Shown piece by piece: positions 48,606-60,076 of a stretch of 64,000 bases of DNA. The stretch comes from Acidobacteriota bacterium (GTDB lineage: Bacteria > Acidobacteriota > Thermoanaerobaculia > Gp7-AA8), in assembly GCA_019244185.1 (NCBI GenBank), contig JAFATB010000014.1:416001-480000 (forward strand). The letters run 5' to 3'. Each line of letters starts with the position of its first letter. Position 1 is the stretch's first letter. The translations under genes were made by a program, and so were the position numbers. The notes below the pieces were generated by a model. It was not told the origin of the DNA, did no database searches, and was given only the letters and a program-made list of their open reading frames with translations.

Positions 48606-49598
48606 CTAGTCGCGAAACGCTTCGGCGACGAGCTCGAACGAGCGCCGCCGCGCCGCATGATCGTACGTGTTCGTCACGATCATCAGCTCCGACGCGCCGT
48701 ACTCCTCGGCGACCGCTTCGAGCCGCGTGCGGATGGTGTCGGGCGTGCCGAGGACGAGGCGGCGGCTGAGCGGCACGCCTTCTTTTTCGAGGAAGCGCTG
48801 CGCGACGTCGGGCGGCGGAATGGGGATCAGCTGTCCGCGCTGGAGAAGCGCGATCATCATGCGGCCGCTCGCGGCGAGGCGCTGCGCTTCTTCCTCGGTC
48901 TCCGCGCAGAGCGTCCACACCGCGGCGATGACGCGCGGCTCGCTGAGCGTGCGCGCGGGCGTGAAGTGCTCGCGGTAGTGTTGCGCGATCTCGGCGCCCT
49001 GCGGGTTGATGAAGTCGGCGAACGCGTAGGGGAGGCCGAGCTCCGCCGCCCAGAGGCCGCTCTGCGGTGAGCTGCCGAGGAGCCAGAGGTCGGGATGTTC
49101 GGGGCGGCCGGGGAGCGCGGTGAGGCGCGCGAACGGATGGTCCTGCGGCATGTCGTCGTCGAGGTACGCCATCAGCTCGACGAGTTGTTGCGGGAAGTCG
49201 TCGGGCGACGCCTGCCGCCGATCGCGTTGCAGCGCGAACGTCGTCGTCGGATCGGTGCCGGCGGCGCGGCCGACGCCGAGGTCGATGCGATTCGGGAAGA
49301 GCCCGGCGAGCATGCTGAAGGTCTCGGCGACGTGCAGCGGGCTGTAATGCGGGAGCATCACGCCGCCGCTGCCGACGCGGATGCGCTTCGTCGCCGACGC
49401 GATCGGGCCGATGAGCGCGGGCGGACTCGCGCACGCGAGCGCGGGCGTGCCGTGATGTTCCGCGACCCAATACCGCTCGTACCCGAGCTCCTCGGCGAAG
49501 CACGCGAGGTCGACGGAGTTGCGCAGCGCCTGCGCGGGCGTCGAGCCGGCGGCGATCGGCGACTGATCGAGAACGCTGAGACGGAGCGGAGCAGACAT
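48606..49598 (-). CDS. LLM-class (luciferase-like) flavin-dependent oxidoreductase
   Basis: LSVLDQSPI, RYWVAEHH, IRVGSGGVMLPHYSP, RIDLGVGRA.G, WLLGSS. Confidence 0.92.
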   Translation of the reverse strand: MSAPLRLSVLDQSPIAAGSTPAQALRNSVDLACFAEELGYERYWVAEHHGTPALACASPPALIGPIASATKRIRVGSGGVMLPHYSPLHVAETFSMLAGLFPNRIDLGVGRAAGTDPTTTFALQRDRRQASPDDFPQQLVELMAYLDDDMPQDHPFARLTALPGRPEHPDLWLLGSSPQSGLWAAELGLPYAFADFINPQGAEIAQHYREHFTPARTLSEPRVIAAVWTLCAETEEEAQRLAASGRMMIALLQRGQLIPIPPPDVAQRFLEKEGVPLSRRLVLGTPDTIRTRLEAVAEEYGASELMIVTNTYDHAARRRSFELVAEAFRD

Positions 49599-49672
49599 CG
49601 CGAGGGCGAGCGGTGCACATCTGCCGCCCGATTCGAGAGCGCCGTTGACGCAAGCGTGTAGGATCGCGCGCA

Positions 49673-49737
49673 ATGCGGCGCTTGCTCGCGTTTTGGAAGC
49701 GGCCCTTCCGGCTCATCGCGCAGCACCGAGGGCTGGA

Positions 49738-49741
<4 letters not shown>
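49673..49741 (+). CDS. putative 22-aa leader peptide MRRLLAFWKRPFRLIAQHRGLE
   Basis: ATG 8 nt after TAGGAT; its TGA overlaps the pirin GTG (GTGA). Confidence 0.35.
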
Positions 49742-50573
<832 letters not shown>

Positions 50574-50577
<4 letters not shown>

Positions 50578-51605
50578 GACGCACCCTCCGCCTTCTCCTC
50601 GGCGCCGCCGGCGCCGGAATCGCCGGCATCGCCGCCTACGGCTGGTCGCTCTCCGCACCGCGCTACCGCGGCGCGACGTCCGACCATTTCGACGGCAAGC
50701 GCTTCCGCAATCTCACGCCGACGCGACACGCCGGCTTTCTCGACCTGCTGCGCTGGATGGCCACGCGCGATCACGCGCCGTGGGATCGCTGGCGCAACAC
50801 GCCGCCCGGGGCGCCGCCGCCACAACGCGTCGACGGCGACGCGCTGCGCATCACGTTCGTCAATCACGCGACGCTGCTCATCCAGACCGCATCGGTCAAC
50901 ATCTTGACCGATCCGATCTGGTCCGAGCGCTGCAGCCCGGTCGGCTTCGCCGGTCCCATCCGCCACCACCCGCCAGGCATCCGCCTCGAGGATCTGCCGC
51001 CGCTCGACGCGGTGCTCATCAGCCACAACCATTACGACCATCTCGACGTGCCGACGCTCGCGCAACTGCGCGCGCCGCGCATCATCACCGGCCTCGGCAA
51101 CGCGGCGTTCCTGCAGTCGCAGAACATCGAGCACGTCACGGAGCTCGACTGGTGGCAGACGACGGAGCTCGCGTCCGGGGTGCGCATTCACGTGGTGCCG
51201 GCGCAGCATTTCTCGTCGCGCGGCTTCGGCGACCGCGACGCGAATCTCTGGTGCGGCTTCGTCATCGAGACGCCCGGCGGCGTCATCTATTTCGCGGGCG
51301 ACACCGGCTGGGGCGAGCATTTCGCCGAGATCCGCAAACGCTTCGGCCCGCCACGCGCGGCGCTGCTGCCGATCGGCGCGTATCGTCCGGAGTGGTTCAT
51401 GTGCGCCGTGCACATCTCTCCCGCCGATGCCGTACGCGCCGCCGACGCCCTCGGCGCGAAGCTGTCCATTCCGATGCACTACGGGACGTTCGACCTCGGC
51501 GACGACGGTCAGGACGAGCCCGTGCACGCGCTGCAAACGGCGCTCGCGACCGCACCGCACGCGCGCTTCCAGGTCGTGCCGCCGGGCGCGTTCGCGGAGC
51601 CGTAA
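50574..51605 (+). CDS. MBL-fold metallo-hydrolase (RomA/NAPE-PLD-like)
   Basis: HFDGKRF.N, TDPIWS, SHNHYDHLD, PAQHFS, FAGDTG, PIGAY.P, PMHYGTF. Confidence 0.9.
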
Positions 51606-51655
51606 AAGCATACGGTTGAGCGAATATGTACGTGTGCCGCGATGTTAGAAGGCGC

Positions 51656-52387
51656 ATGACAACAATGAAAGGATGGCTGGCCGCGGCAGCGGTCGCCGCG
51701 CTCAGCACGACCGCCGCATTCGCCGCGCCGAACAACGAGACGCTGCAGTACGACTGGAAGCTGCGGGGCGCCCTTTCCTGGGTCGCACGCGTGAAGTTCC
51801 CCACCGCCGGCACGGGCGTGCTGCAGACGCAGCCGGCCGGCGCCGCGAACGTGGACAGCCGCCTCCGCATCAGCTCCGGCGGCACGGACTACATCGAGTA
51901 CCGCTCGCGCATGGACAACACGCAGCGCACGCTCGCCAGCGTGAACGGCTACACGTTCGGCTCGAAGTCGGAACACAAGGAAACGGTGTACGACTACACC
52001 GCGAACATCGCCCGCCTCGAGGAGCGTGCGGACGGCCAGACCGAGACGAAGACGAAGCCGCTCACCGTCGACGCTGCGCGCGACGTGCTCACGACGATCG
52101 CGTACCTCCGCGATCACGCCGCGCAGATCAACGCGCCCGTCGTCACCGATGTCTACGCGGAAGGCAAACCATACCGCGTGCGCATCGAGCCCGCCGGCCT
52201 CAAGTCCGCCGACTGGCAAGGCCGCACCGTCTCCGCCCGCGAGTTCCACGTCGTCGCCGCCCCCGGCGAGAAGAAGAAGTTCCCCGGCCTCACGGTCTGG
52301 ATCTCGGAAGACGACCGCCGCCTCCCGCTCCGCATCCTCATCGACCAACGCTACGCGAGCATCGACCTGCGGCTCAAAGCGTCGTAG
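51656..52387 (+). CDS. secreted DUF3108-like protein
   Basis: signal peptide, ETLQY, D..T..AYLR, VWISEDDRRLPLRI. Confidence 0.62.
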   Translation: MTTMKGWLAAAAVAALSTTAAFAAPNNETLQYDWKLRGALSWVARVKFPTAGTGVLQTQPAGAANVDSRLRISSGGTDYIEYRSRMDNTQRTLASVNGYTFGSKSEHKETVYDYTANIARLEERADGQTETKTKPLTVDAARDVLTTIAYLRDHAAQINAPVVTDVYAEGKPYRVRIEPAGLKSADWQGRTVSAREFHVVAAPGEKKKFPGLTVWISEDDRRLPLRILIDQRYASIDLRLKAS

Positions 52388-52390
52388 AGC

Positions 52391-52557
52391 TGACGTAGGG
52401 GAACCGACGAGGAGCGCCTCCGGCGGGCCGGCACGGCCGGCAGCGCTGAGGGCCTAGCCAGATGCACGTGCGGCTGCTCTGAACGTCATTGATCGCGGAA
52501 CTAAGCGCTGCCGGCCGTGCCGGCCCGCCGGAGGCGCTCCCGGTCGTCCCCCTCGTC
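52391..52557. repeat. REP-doublet/MITE-like inverted repeat
   Basis: perfect 37-bp inverted repeat 52411-52447 / 52504-52540 with a 56-nt spacer; outer AGGGGA/TCCCCT and TGACG/CGTCA also pair. Confidence 0.8.
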
Positions 52558-55314
52558 ACTCCGTACGACGTTGCGGCCGTCGCGTTTGGCGGCGTAGAGC
52601 GCGCGGTCGGCGCGGTCGATGAGGGATGACGGATCGTCCGCCGCCGACCGCGCGGCGACGCCGAACGAGGCGGTCACCTCGCACGATGCCGCGATGCCGG
52701 CGCGGAGGCGTTCGGCGATGGCGGAGGCGGTGGACACGTCGGCGCCGGGGAGGAGGATCACGAACTCCTCGCCGCCCCAGCGTGCGACGACGTCGCCGGA
52801 GCCGCGCACGATGCCGCCGATGTGTTGGGCGACGCGGCGGAGACACTCGTCGCCGGCGGCGTGGCCGCGCGAATCGTTCACGTCCTTGAAGTGATCGAGG
52901 TCGACCATGATCAGCGAGAGCGGATCGCCGCGGCGTTCGGCGCGCTTCCATTCGTCGAGCAGGGCGCGGTCGAAGAAGCGTCGGTTCGCGACGCCGGTGA
53001 GATCGTCGACGAGCGAGAGCGCTTCGAGGCGTTCGTTCGCGCGGCGGAGCAGCACGGTCTGCTCCTCGACGCGCTGCTGGAGCACGCGCGCGTTGCGGCG
53101 GAGCGTGCGGGTGCGGATCTGGATGAACGCGACCACGAGCACGGCGCCGACGAGCGTCCAGAGTGCGAGCGCCCACCAGGTGGCGTACCACGGGGCGAGG
53201 ACGCGGAACGACCAGCGCGCCTCGCTGCTGATCGCGCCGCGCGCGCCGCGGGTGCGGACGCGGAACGTGTAGTCGTCGGCGCCGAGGTTCGTGAAATCGA
53301 GGAAGGCCTGCGAGGTCCAGGGAGTCCAGTCCTGGTCGATGGGATCGAGGCGGTACTGGTACTCCGTTTCCGCGCGCGACGACAGCGGCGCGATCTCGAT
53401 GCGCACGCGGCCGAATGCATGGCGCAGCGTGACGGGCGCGTGCGCGCCGTTCACGTTGCCGTCGAACAGCACGCGGTCGTTGCCGTCGACGACGCGATGG
53501 ATGAGCGGCGCCGGTTGCGTGGTGCGTCCGTGCGTGGCGGACGGTGCGACGCGGTAGAGGCCGCGCTCGGTGCCGAGCCAGTTGATGCCGTCGGCGTCGG
53601 CGTAGAACGTCTCGATGTCGCCTTCGAGCGTGCCGATCGCGTGCGCCTCGGACTCGTACGTATGTGCGTCGATGAGGCGGACCACGCGCGGCGGGCGCGT
53701 GGCCAGCCAGAGATCGCCCGCGGCGTCGACGCCGGCGAAGAAGTTCGAATTCGGGAGCTGGATCGACGCGAGGCGCGGATCGGGATGCAGCGCGCCGTTC
53801 GCGTCGGCCAGCACGAAGCGTCCGTTGACGGACAGCACGACTTCGTCGCCGGACCGCATCACGCGCGCGAGTCCCTTGCCGTACGCCGTCACGCGTCCGT
53901 TCGATTCGATGCGCACGAGACCGTCGGATTCGCTCGCGGCCCACGCCGTGCCGTGCGCGTCGCCGACGGAGCGCACGTGCGGCGGCGTGTTGGGAACAAT
54001 CCCTTCGAACATCCAGCCGCTCGCCGTGTGGCGCAGGCGTCCCACGCCGCTCTCGCCGCCGGTCCACACCAGCGCCGGATCGCTGTGCGACGGCGCGAGG
54101 TCGAAGATCGTCTCTTCTTTCGTGCCCGCGATCAGTTCCGCGGGACGGTCGTCGTGCACGACGTAGATGCCGCCGTACGCGCCGGCGAGCAGATCGCCGT
54201 TCGTCGACAGTAGTACCCACGGATTCGCGTTGTCGACGTCGAGGCCGGGGAGCTTGCGCGCGCGGGCGCCGGACGGCGTCGCATCGATCGCGTAGATGCC
54301 GTGCTGCGTGCCGGCGTAGAGGCGGCCGTTGTGGCGCGTCACCGCCTGCAGGCTGCCGGGAAGGTCGACGCGGCGGTCGAGTACCGTCGCCGGCGAGCCG
54401 GCGTCGACGCGCACGATGGCGTTGTCCATCGCCAGCCAGAGCGCGCCTTCCTGGTCTTCGACGATGTCGTAGAGAAAGACCTCGGGGAGTCCCGTCGACG
54501 CGTCGATGATCTGATCGATGCGGCCGTCGGGCTGCATGAGGAGCAGGCCGTAGCGCAGCGTGGCGATGGCCCAGCGGCCGTCGTGCAGGTGCTGCGCGCG
54601 CATCACGCCTTTGCCGCGCAGCCACACGGACGCCTCGTCCTGGTACGGCGTGCCGTTGGCGTGGACGAAGCCTTCGTTGCGCACGATGATGCGGTCGGGG
54701 GCGAGCACCGCGTCGATGCGCTTGGCGGTGAGGAACGATGGGCCGCCGAGGACCTTCAGGCCGTCGAAGGCGCCGACGTACAGCTGGCCATTGATTTCCT
54801 CGCAGTGGCGCGTGCGTTTGCCGTCGGGATGGCGTTCGAGGACGCGCAGCCTCTGGCCGTCCCAGCGCGCGATGAAATGCCGAGCGGCGAAGATGAGATC
54901 GTTCTGGAAGACGCAGAGCTGCGGCTGATCGATGTTCGCGCGGAGATCGGGCGGCAGCAGCGGTACGAGCGAACGGTACGCGAGCGTGCCGTGCGCGTTC
55001 GGCTCGAGGATGCCGATCTCGTCGACGGGCCCGACGCCGACGACGCCGCGCGGCGTGGCGAGCACGGAGAACGAGACGTTCCCCGGCACGTCGACGCGCG
55101 ACCACCACGCGCCGTCGTAGATCAGCACCGTCTCGAGATTGGAAAAGTAGAGGCGCCCGCGCGCGTCGATCGCGGCGGCGAAGTTCTGCGTGCCGCCGTG
55201 ATGCTGCTCCTGGCGATAGATCGTGAGCGACGGATAGCCGGCTTCGCTCGCGGAGAGAGCGGTGCTGCACAGCAGCGCCGCGGCGATGCAGATGCCGAGG
55301 AGACGTTGGGGCAT
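52501..55314 (-). CDS. sensor diguanylate cyclase (periplasmic beta-propellers + Y_Y_Y + TM + GGEEF domain)
   Basis: signal peptide, D..G.LW repeats, YQYRL...W...FTNL..DDYTFRVR, PWY..WW TM, DDLTGVANRR, DLDHFK, RWGGEEF. Confidence 0.92.
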   Translation of the reverse strand: MPQRLLGICIAAALLCSTALSASEAGYPSLTIYRQEQHHGGTQNFAAAIDARGRLYFSNLETVLIYDGAWWSRVDVPGNVSFSVLATPRGVVGVGPVDEIGILEPNAHGTLAYRSLVPLLPPDLRANIDQPQLCVFQNDLIFAARHFIARWDGQRLRVLERHPDGKRTRHCEEINGQLYVGAFDGLKVLGGPSFLTAKRIDAVLAPDRIIVRNEGFVHANGTPYQDEASVWLRGKGVMRAQHLHDGRWAIATLRYGLLLMQPDGRIDQIIDASTGLPEVFLYDIVEDQEGALWLAMDNAIVRVDAGSPATVLDRRVDLPGSLQAVTRHNGRLYAGTQHGIYAIDATPSGARARKLPGLDVDNANPWVLLSTNGDLLAGAYGGIYVVHDDRPAELIAGTKEETIFDLAPSHSDPALVWTGGESGVGRLRHTASGWMFEGIVPNTPPHVRSVGDAHGTAWAASESDGLVRIESNGRVTAYGKGLARVMRSGDEVVLSVNGRFVLADANGALHPDPRLASIQLPNSNFFAGVDAAGDLWLATRPPRVVRLIDAHTYESEAHAIGTLEGDIETFYADADGINWLGTERGLYRVAPSATHGRTTQPAPLIHRVVDGNDRVLFDGNVNGAHAPVTLRHAFGRVRIEIAPLSSRAETEYQYRLDPIDQDWTPWTSQAFLDFTNLGADDYTFRVRTRGARGAISSEARWSFRVLAPWYATWWALALWTLVGAVLVVAFIQIRTRTLRRNARVLQQRVEEQTVLLRRANERLEALSLVDDLTGVANRRFFDRALLDEWKRAERRGDPLSLIMVDLDHFKDVNDSRGHAAGDECLRRVAQHIGGIVRGSGDVVARWGGEEFVILLPGADVSTASAIAERLRAGIAASCEVTASFGVAARSAADDPSSLIDRADRALYAAKRDGRNVVRSDEGDDRERLRRAGTAGSA

Positions 55315-55362
55315 GCGGAAGGATAGCGCGAACCGCGAGGGATGCTAACCTCCCGCACTGCC

Positions 55363-56181
55363 ATGAACGCCCCTCGCTTTCTGTACGGCACCGCGTGGAA
55401 GGAAGACGCCACCGAACAGCTCACGCGTCTCGCGCTCGACGCCGGCTTTCGCGGCATCGACACCGCGAACCAGCGCAAGCATTACTTCGAGGCCGGTGTG
55501 GGCGCCGCGATGGCGGGCGCGATCGCCGACGGCGTCGTGCGTCGCGAGGAGCTCTTCCTGCAGACGAAGTTCACGTATCAGCACGGACAGGACGAGCGTC
55601 TGCCGTACGACCCGAACGCCGGCGTCGGCGCGCAGGTGCGCCAGTCGTTCGCGAGCTCGCTCGAGCATCTGCGCGTCGAGCAGATCGACTCCTACGTGTT
55701 GCACGGTCCGTCGCGCGGCCGCGGCCTCGGCCAGGTCGACTTCGAAGTCTGGCAGGCGATGGAAGCGCTGCACGCCGACGGCAAGACGCGCTTCCTCGGC
55801 ATCAGCAACGTCTCGCTCGAACAGCTGCAACTGCTCTGCGCGCGTGTCCGCGTGCAGCCGTCGTTCGTGCAGAACCGTTGCTACGCGCGCACCGGCTGGG
55901 ACGCGCACGTGCGCGCGTTTTGCCGCGAGCGCGGCATCGTCTATCAGGGCTTCTCGCTGCTGACGGCGAACGTGCGCGAGCTGCATGCGCCCGCGTTCCG
56001 CTCCATCGTCGCGCGCACCGAGCGCACGCCCGCGCAGGTCGTGTTCCGCTTCGCGCTGCAGATCGGCATGCTGCCGCTCACCGGCACGACCGATCCCGAG
56101 CACATGCGCGAAGACCTCGGCGCGCTCGACGGCTTCACGCTCACCGACGATGAGGTCGCGACCATCGAGCGCATCGCATGA
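55363..56181 (+). CDS. aldo/keto reductase
   Basis: GFRGIDTA, REELFLQTK, SL..L....DSY.LH, LGISN, TPAQV. Confidence 0.9.
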   Translation: MNAPRFLYGTAWKEDATEQLTRLALDAGFRGIDTANQRKHYFEAGVGAAMAGAIADGVVRREELFLQTKFTYQHGQDERLPYDPNAGVGAQVRQSFASSLEHLRVEQIDSYVLHGPSRGRGLGQVDFEVWQAMEALHADGKTRFLGISNVSLEQLQLLCARVRVQPSFVQNRCYARTGWDAHVRAFCRERGIVYQGFSLLTANVRELHAPAFRSIVARTERTPAQVVFRFALQIGMLPLTGTTDPEHMREDLGALDGFTLTDDEVATIERIA

Positions 56182-57053
56182 CCACGGTTCATCTCATCGA
56201 CGCCAGCCCGTATTTGTTTCGCGCGTGGTTCTCGCTGCCGCGCACGATCGTCGATCCGGCGGGCAAGCCGGTCAACGCGGTGTACGGCTTCACCAGCTTT
56301 CTCGCGAAGTACCTCGCCGACACGCACGCCACGCACGCCGCGATCGCGTTCGACCGCCACTTCAACGGCAGCTTCCGCAACGAGTTCTATCCGCCGTACA
56401 AGGCGCAGCGCGAGGCCTCGCCGCCGGAGCTCGACGCGCAGGTCGATCCCGCGGTCGAGGTCGTGCAGGCCATGGGCTTGGCGGCGTTCATCGACGAGCG
56501 CTTCGAAGCCGACGATCTCATCGCGACCGTCATCGACCGCATCGACGACGACATCGAATTCGTGATCGTCAGCTCCGACAAAGACCTCGCGCAGCTCGTC
56601 TGCGATCGCATCGTGCTCGTCGATCCCGCGCGCGAGCTGCGCTTCGACGCCGATGCCGTCGTCGCGAAGTTCGGCGTGCGTCCCGAGCAGATGACCGACT
56701 TCCTCGGACTCGCGGGCGACAGCGTCGACAACATCCCCGGCGTGCGCGGCATCGGTCCGAAGACGGCCGCGCAGTTGCTGCAGCGCTACGGCTCGCTCGA
56801 AGGCATCTACGAGAACGTCGCCGCGATGCGGCGCAGCCTCGTGCGCTCGGAGATGACGCTCGCGTCGAAACTCGAAGCGGATGTCGAGATGGCCGGTCTC
56901 TCGAAGCGGCTCGCCACCGTGGCGCGCAACGCGCCGATCGAGGTCACGCTCGACGCGCTCGTGTGCCGCGGCCCCGACGACGCGCGCATCGACGACGTCT
57001 TCGGGCGGCTCGGCTTCGGAAATCTCCGGCAGCGCGTGACGGCGCGCGGCTGA
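56178..57053 (+). CDS. stand-alone 5'-3' exonuclease/flap endonuclease (Pol I N-terminal-like)
   Basis: LIDAS..LFRA, NAVYGF, YKAQR, EADDLI, SSDKDL.QL, GDSVDNIPGV.GIGPKTA. Confidence 0.92.
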   Translation: MTTVHLIDASPYLFRAWFSLPRTIVDPAGKPVNAVYGFTSFLAKYLADTHATHAAIAFDRHFNGSFRNEFYPPYKAQREASPPELDAQVDPAVEVVQAMGLAAFIDERFEADDLIATVIDRIDDDIEFVIVSSDKDLAQLVCDRIVLVDPARELRFDADAVVAKFGVRPEQMTDFLGLAGDSVDNIPGVRGIGPKTAAQLLQRYGSLEGIYENVAAMRRSLVRSEMTLASKLEADVEMAGLSKRLATVARNAPIEVTLDALVCRGPDDARIDDVFGRLGFGNLRQRVTARG

Positions 57054-57073
57054 ATCCGATTAGCATGAGCGCC

Positions 57074-57979
57074 ATGCGCTTCACGCTCGTGCCCTTGCTG
57101 CTGCTATTCGCGATCGCGGTGCATGCCGACTACCGCGAGTTCACCGAGATCCCTGTCGATCCGCGCCTCGCCACGCAACTGCGCCAGGCTGCGGAGGCGA
57201 CGCTGAAGGCGTATCCGAAACTGAAGGCGGAAGATCTCGCGCTGAGCGCCGTCGACCTGACGAACCCGAACACGATCGGCCGCGCCGACGTGCAGGGCGA
57301 CGCGCCGTTCTATCCCGCATCGGTGATCAAGCTCTGCTACATGATCGACGTCTTCGCCACGCACAAGGAGCACATCGGCGACGTCGACCGCGCGCTGCAC
57401 GAGATGATCTCCGTCTCCGACAACGACGCCACCGCGTATCTCGTCGACATCCTCGCCGGCACGACTCCCGGCCCGCCGCTGCAGGGGCGCGCGCTCACGC
57501 GCTACATCGAGCGGCGCCGTGCGATCACGAAGCGTTTCCAGCGCCTCGGATACACGGACAGCGTCAACGCCATGATGAAGCCGTGGAGCTTCGGCCCGTT
57601 CGGCCGCGAGCTGCAGGCGCTCGGCGAGAACCGCGTCAACCGCAACAAGCTCACGCCGAACGCGACCGCGTCGCTGCTGCTCTGGATCGTGCGCCGCCAC
57701 GCGCCGTCCGCCGACGCGATGATGACGCTCCTCGAACGCCCGCTCGCGCCGCCGCGCAAGGAAGAGAACCAGGTGTCGGAGTTCATCGGCGCGTCGCTGC
57801 CGGAAGGCGCGAAGCTGTGGTCGAAGGCCGGCTGGACGAGCGAGGTGCGCCACGACGCGGCGTACATCGAATTGCCGAACGGCCGCAAACTCGTGCTGGT
57901 CATCTTCACGCGCGGCCTCGCCGACGACGTCACCCTCATTCCCGCCATCGCGAAATATCTCCTGACGGAGCTCCAATGA
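57074..57979 (+). CDS. class A beta-lactamase-related serine hydrolase, secreted
   Basis: signal peptide, PASVIK, SDNDAT, SKAGW...HDAA. Confidence 0.85.
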   Translation: MRFTLVPLLLLFAIAVHADYREFTEIPVDPRLATQLRQAAEATLKAYPKLKAEDLALSAVDLTNPNTIGRADVQGDAPFYPASVIKLCYMIDVFATHKEHIGDVDRALHEMISVSDNDATAYLVDILAGTTPGPPLQGRALTRYIERRRAITKRFQRLGYTDSVNAMMKPWSFGPFGRELQALGENRVNRNKLTPNATASLLLWIVRRHAPSADAMMTLLERPLAPPRKEENQVSEFIGASLPEGAKLWSKAGWTSEVRHDAAYIELPNGRKLVLVIFTRGLADDVTLIPAIAKYLLTELQ

Positions 57980-60075
57980 AACGGATCGCCATCCTGCTGG
58001 TTTTCTGTTTTGCCGCCGTTCTGCAGGGCGCGCCGAAACGCGCCATCACCGAGACGGACTTATTGAAGTTCAAGTGGGCCGCCGATCCGCAGCTCTCGCC
58101 CGACGGCGCGCAGGTCGCGTACGTCGTCGTCAACGTGAACGAGAAAGGCGAGCGCTACGAGACCGCGCTCTGGCTCGTCGCGTCGACGCCCGGCGCCGCA
58201 CCGCGCCAGCTCACGCACGGACCGCGCGACAGCGCGCCGCGCTGGTCGCCGGACGGCAAGACCATCGCGTTCCTGCGCGGCGTCGAGAAAGACGGCAAGC
58301 CGCAGCCGCCGCAGATCTATCTCCTTCCGCTTGCGGGCGGCGAGCCGCGGGCGCTGACGAACGACGCGACGACGCCAAAAGGCGCAAGCTCGATCGCGTG
58401 GTCGCCGTCCGGCGATCGCATCGCCTTCACCGCCACGACGCGTCCCGACGACTTCCAGCCGAAGAAAGACGGCGAGCGCGAGTCCGACGTGCGCGTCGTG
58501 ACGCAGGCGGAGTATCGCGAGGACAACGACGGCTACGCCGATCCGTCGCGCAACACGCACCTCTGGGTCGTGAACGCCGAAGGCGGCGACAAGCCGCTGC
58601 AGCTGACCAGCGGCGACTTCGACGAATTCAATCAGGCGTGGAGCCCGGACGGCACGCGCATTTACTTCCTCTCCACGCGCACGGCCGAGTCGTACTACGA
58701 CGCGCCCGACGTCAACGTGTACGCCGTGCCCGCGCGCGGCGGCGAGCTCACCACCGTCGCCGACATCCACGGCCCGATCGGCGCGTTCGAGCCGAGCCCC
58801 GACGGCAAGTGGATCGCGTTCTCGGGCTGGGAGAGCGACACCACGCGCTCGTACAACGAGTCGGATCTGTTCGTCGCGGCGATCAGTGGCGGCGCCGCGC
58901 GCAACGTTACTTCATCGCTCGACGGTGACGTCCTCGGCGGACTCGCCGCCGATCAGCATCCGCCGCGCGCGAACCGCGGTCCGCGTCCGCTGTGGAGCGC
59001 CGACTCGAAGACGATCTACGTCACCGTCGCCGCGAAAGGCGTGTCGAACCTCATGCGCGTCGACGCCGCGAGCGGACGCATCGAGCCGTGGACGCGCGGC
59101 AACCGCGAGACGCTGACGTATACGCGCGCGAGCGGACGCACCGTCGTGCTCGTGTCGACGCCGACCATCATCACGGACCTCTTCAGCGTCGACGACAAAG
59201 GCACGCTCGCGCAGCTCACGCGCGTCAACGACGCGCTCTTTTCCGAGCTCACGCTCACCGAGCCGGAAGAGCTCTGGTTCGACAGCTTCGACGGCCGCAA
59301 GATCCAGGCGTGGATCCAGAAGCCGCCCGACTACGACGCGGCGAAGCAGTACCCGCTCATCCTCAACATTCACGGCGGCCCGCACGCGGCGTACGGCTAC
59401 ACGTTCGTGCACGAGTTCCAGTGGATGGCGGCCAAGGGCTACGTCGTGCTGTACGTCAACCCGCGCGGCAGCTCGTCGTACGGTGAGGAATTCGGCAACG
59501 TCATCCAGTACAAGTATCCGGGCGACGACTACAAGGATCTGATGGCCGGCGTCGACGTGCTCGTCGCGCGCAAGCTCGTCGATCCGAAGAAGCTCGGCGT
59601 CACCGGCGGCAGCGGCGGCGGCGTGCTCACGAATTGGACGGTGACGCAGACCGACCGCTTCGCCGCGGCCGTGTCGCAGCGCTCGATCTCCGACTGGGCG
59701 TCGTGGTGGTACACGGCCGACTTCACGATGTTCCAGCCGATGTGGTTCCAGAAGACGCCGTGGCAGGACCCGCGGGAGTTCGCCTCGCGCTCCGCGATCA
59801 CCTACGTCGACCGCATCCACACGCCGATGATGTTCATCGAGGGCGAGTCCGACTATCGCACGCCGCCCAGTGCCGGTGGCGAGGCGCTCTTCCGCGCGCT
59901 CAAGTATCTGCACCGCCCGACGGTGATGGTGCGCTTCCCCAACGAGCCGCACGAGCTCTCGCGATCCGGTCAGCCATGGCACCGCGTCGAGCGCCTGCAG
60001 CACATCGTCGGCTGGTTCGACATGTGGCTTCTCGGCAAGAAGAACGAGGCGTACGAGAAAGGTTTACGGCGTTGA
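57976..60075 (+). CDS. S9 family (prolyl oligopeptidase/acylaminoacyl) peptidase, secreted
   Basis: signal peptide, WSPDG propeller repeats, IHGGPH, NPRGS..YG, GGSGGG, D.R, H in EPHEL. Confidence 0.93.
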   Translation: MKRIAILLVFCFAAVLQGAPKRAITETDLLKFKWAADPQLSPDGAQVAYVVVNVNEKGERYETALWLVASTPGAAPRQLTHGPRDSAPRWSPDGKTIAFLRGVEKDGKPQPPQIYLLPLAGGEPRALTNDATTPKGASSIAWSPSGDRIAFTATTRPDDFQPKKDGERESDVRVVTQAEYREDNDGYADPSRNTHLWVVNAEGGDKPLQLTSGDFDEFNQAWSPDGTRIYFLSTRTAESYYDAPDVNVYAVPARGGELTTVADIHGPIGAFEPSPDGKWIAFSGWESDTTRSYNESDLFVAAISGGAARNVTSSLDGDVLGGLAADQHPPRANRGPRPLWSADSKTIYVTVAAKGVSNLMRVDAASGRIEPWTRGNRETLTYTRASGRTVVLVSTPTIITDLFSVDDKGTLAQLTRVNDALFSELTLTEPEELWFDSFDGRKIQAWIQKPPDYDAAKQYPLILNIHGGPHAAYGYTFVHEFQWMAAKGYVVLYVNPRGSSSYGEEFGNVIQYKYPGDDYKDLMAGVDVLVARKLVDPKKLGVTGGSGGGVLTNWTVTQTDRFAAAVSQRSISDWASWWYTADFTMFQPMWFQKTPWQDPREFASRSAITYVDRIHTPMMFIEGESDYRTPPSAGGEALFRALKYLHRPTVMVRFPNEPHELSRSGQPWHRVERLQHIVGWFDMWLLGKKNEAYEKGLRR

Positions 60076-60076
60076 C

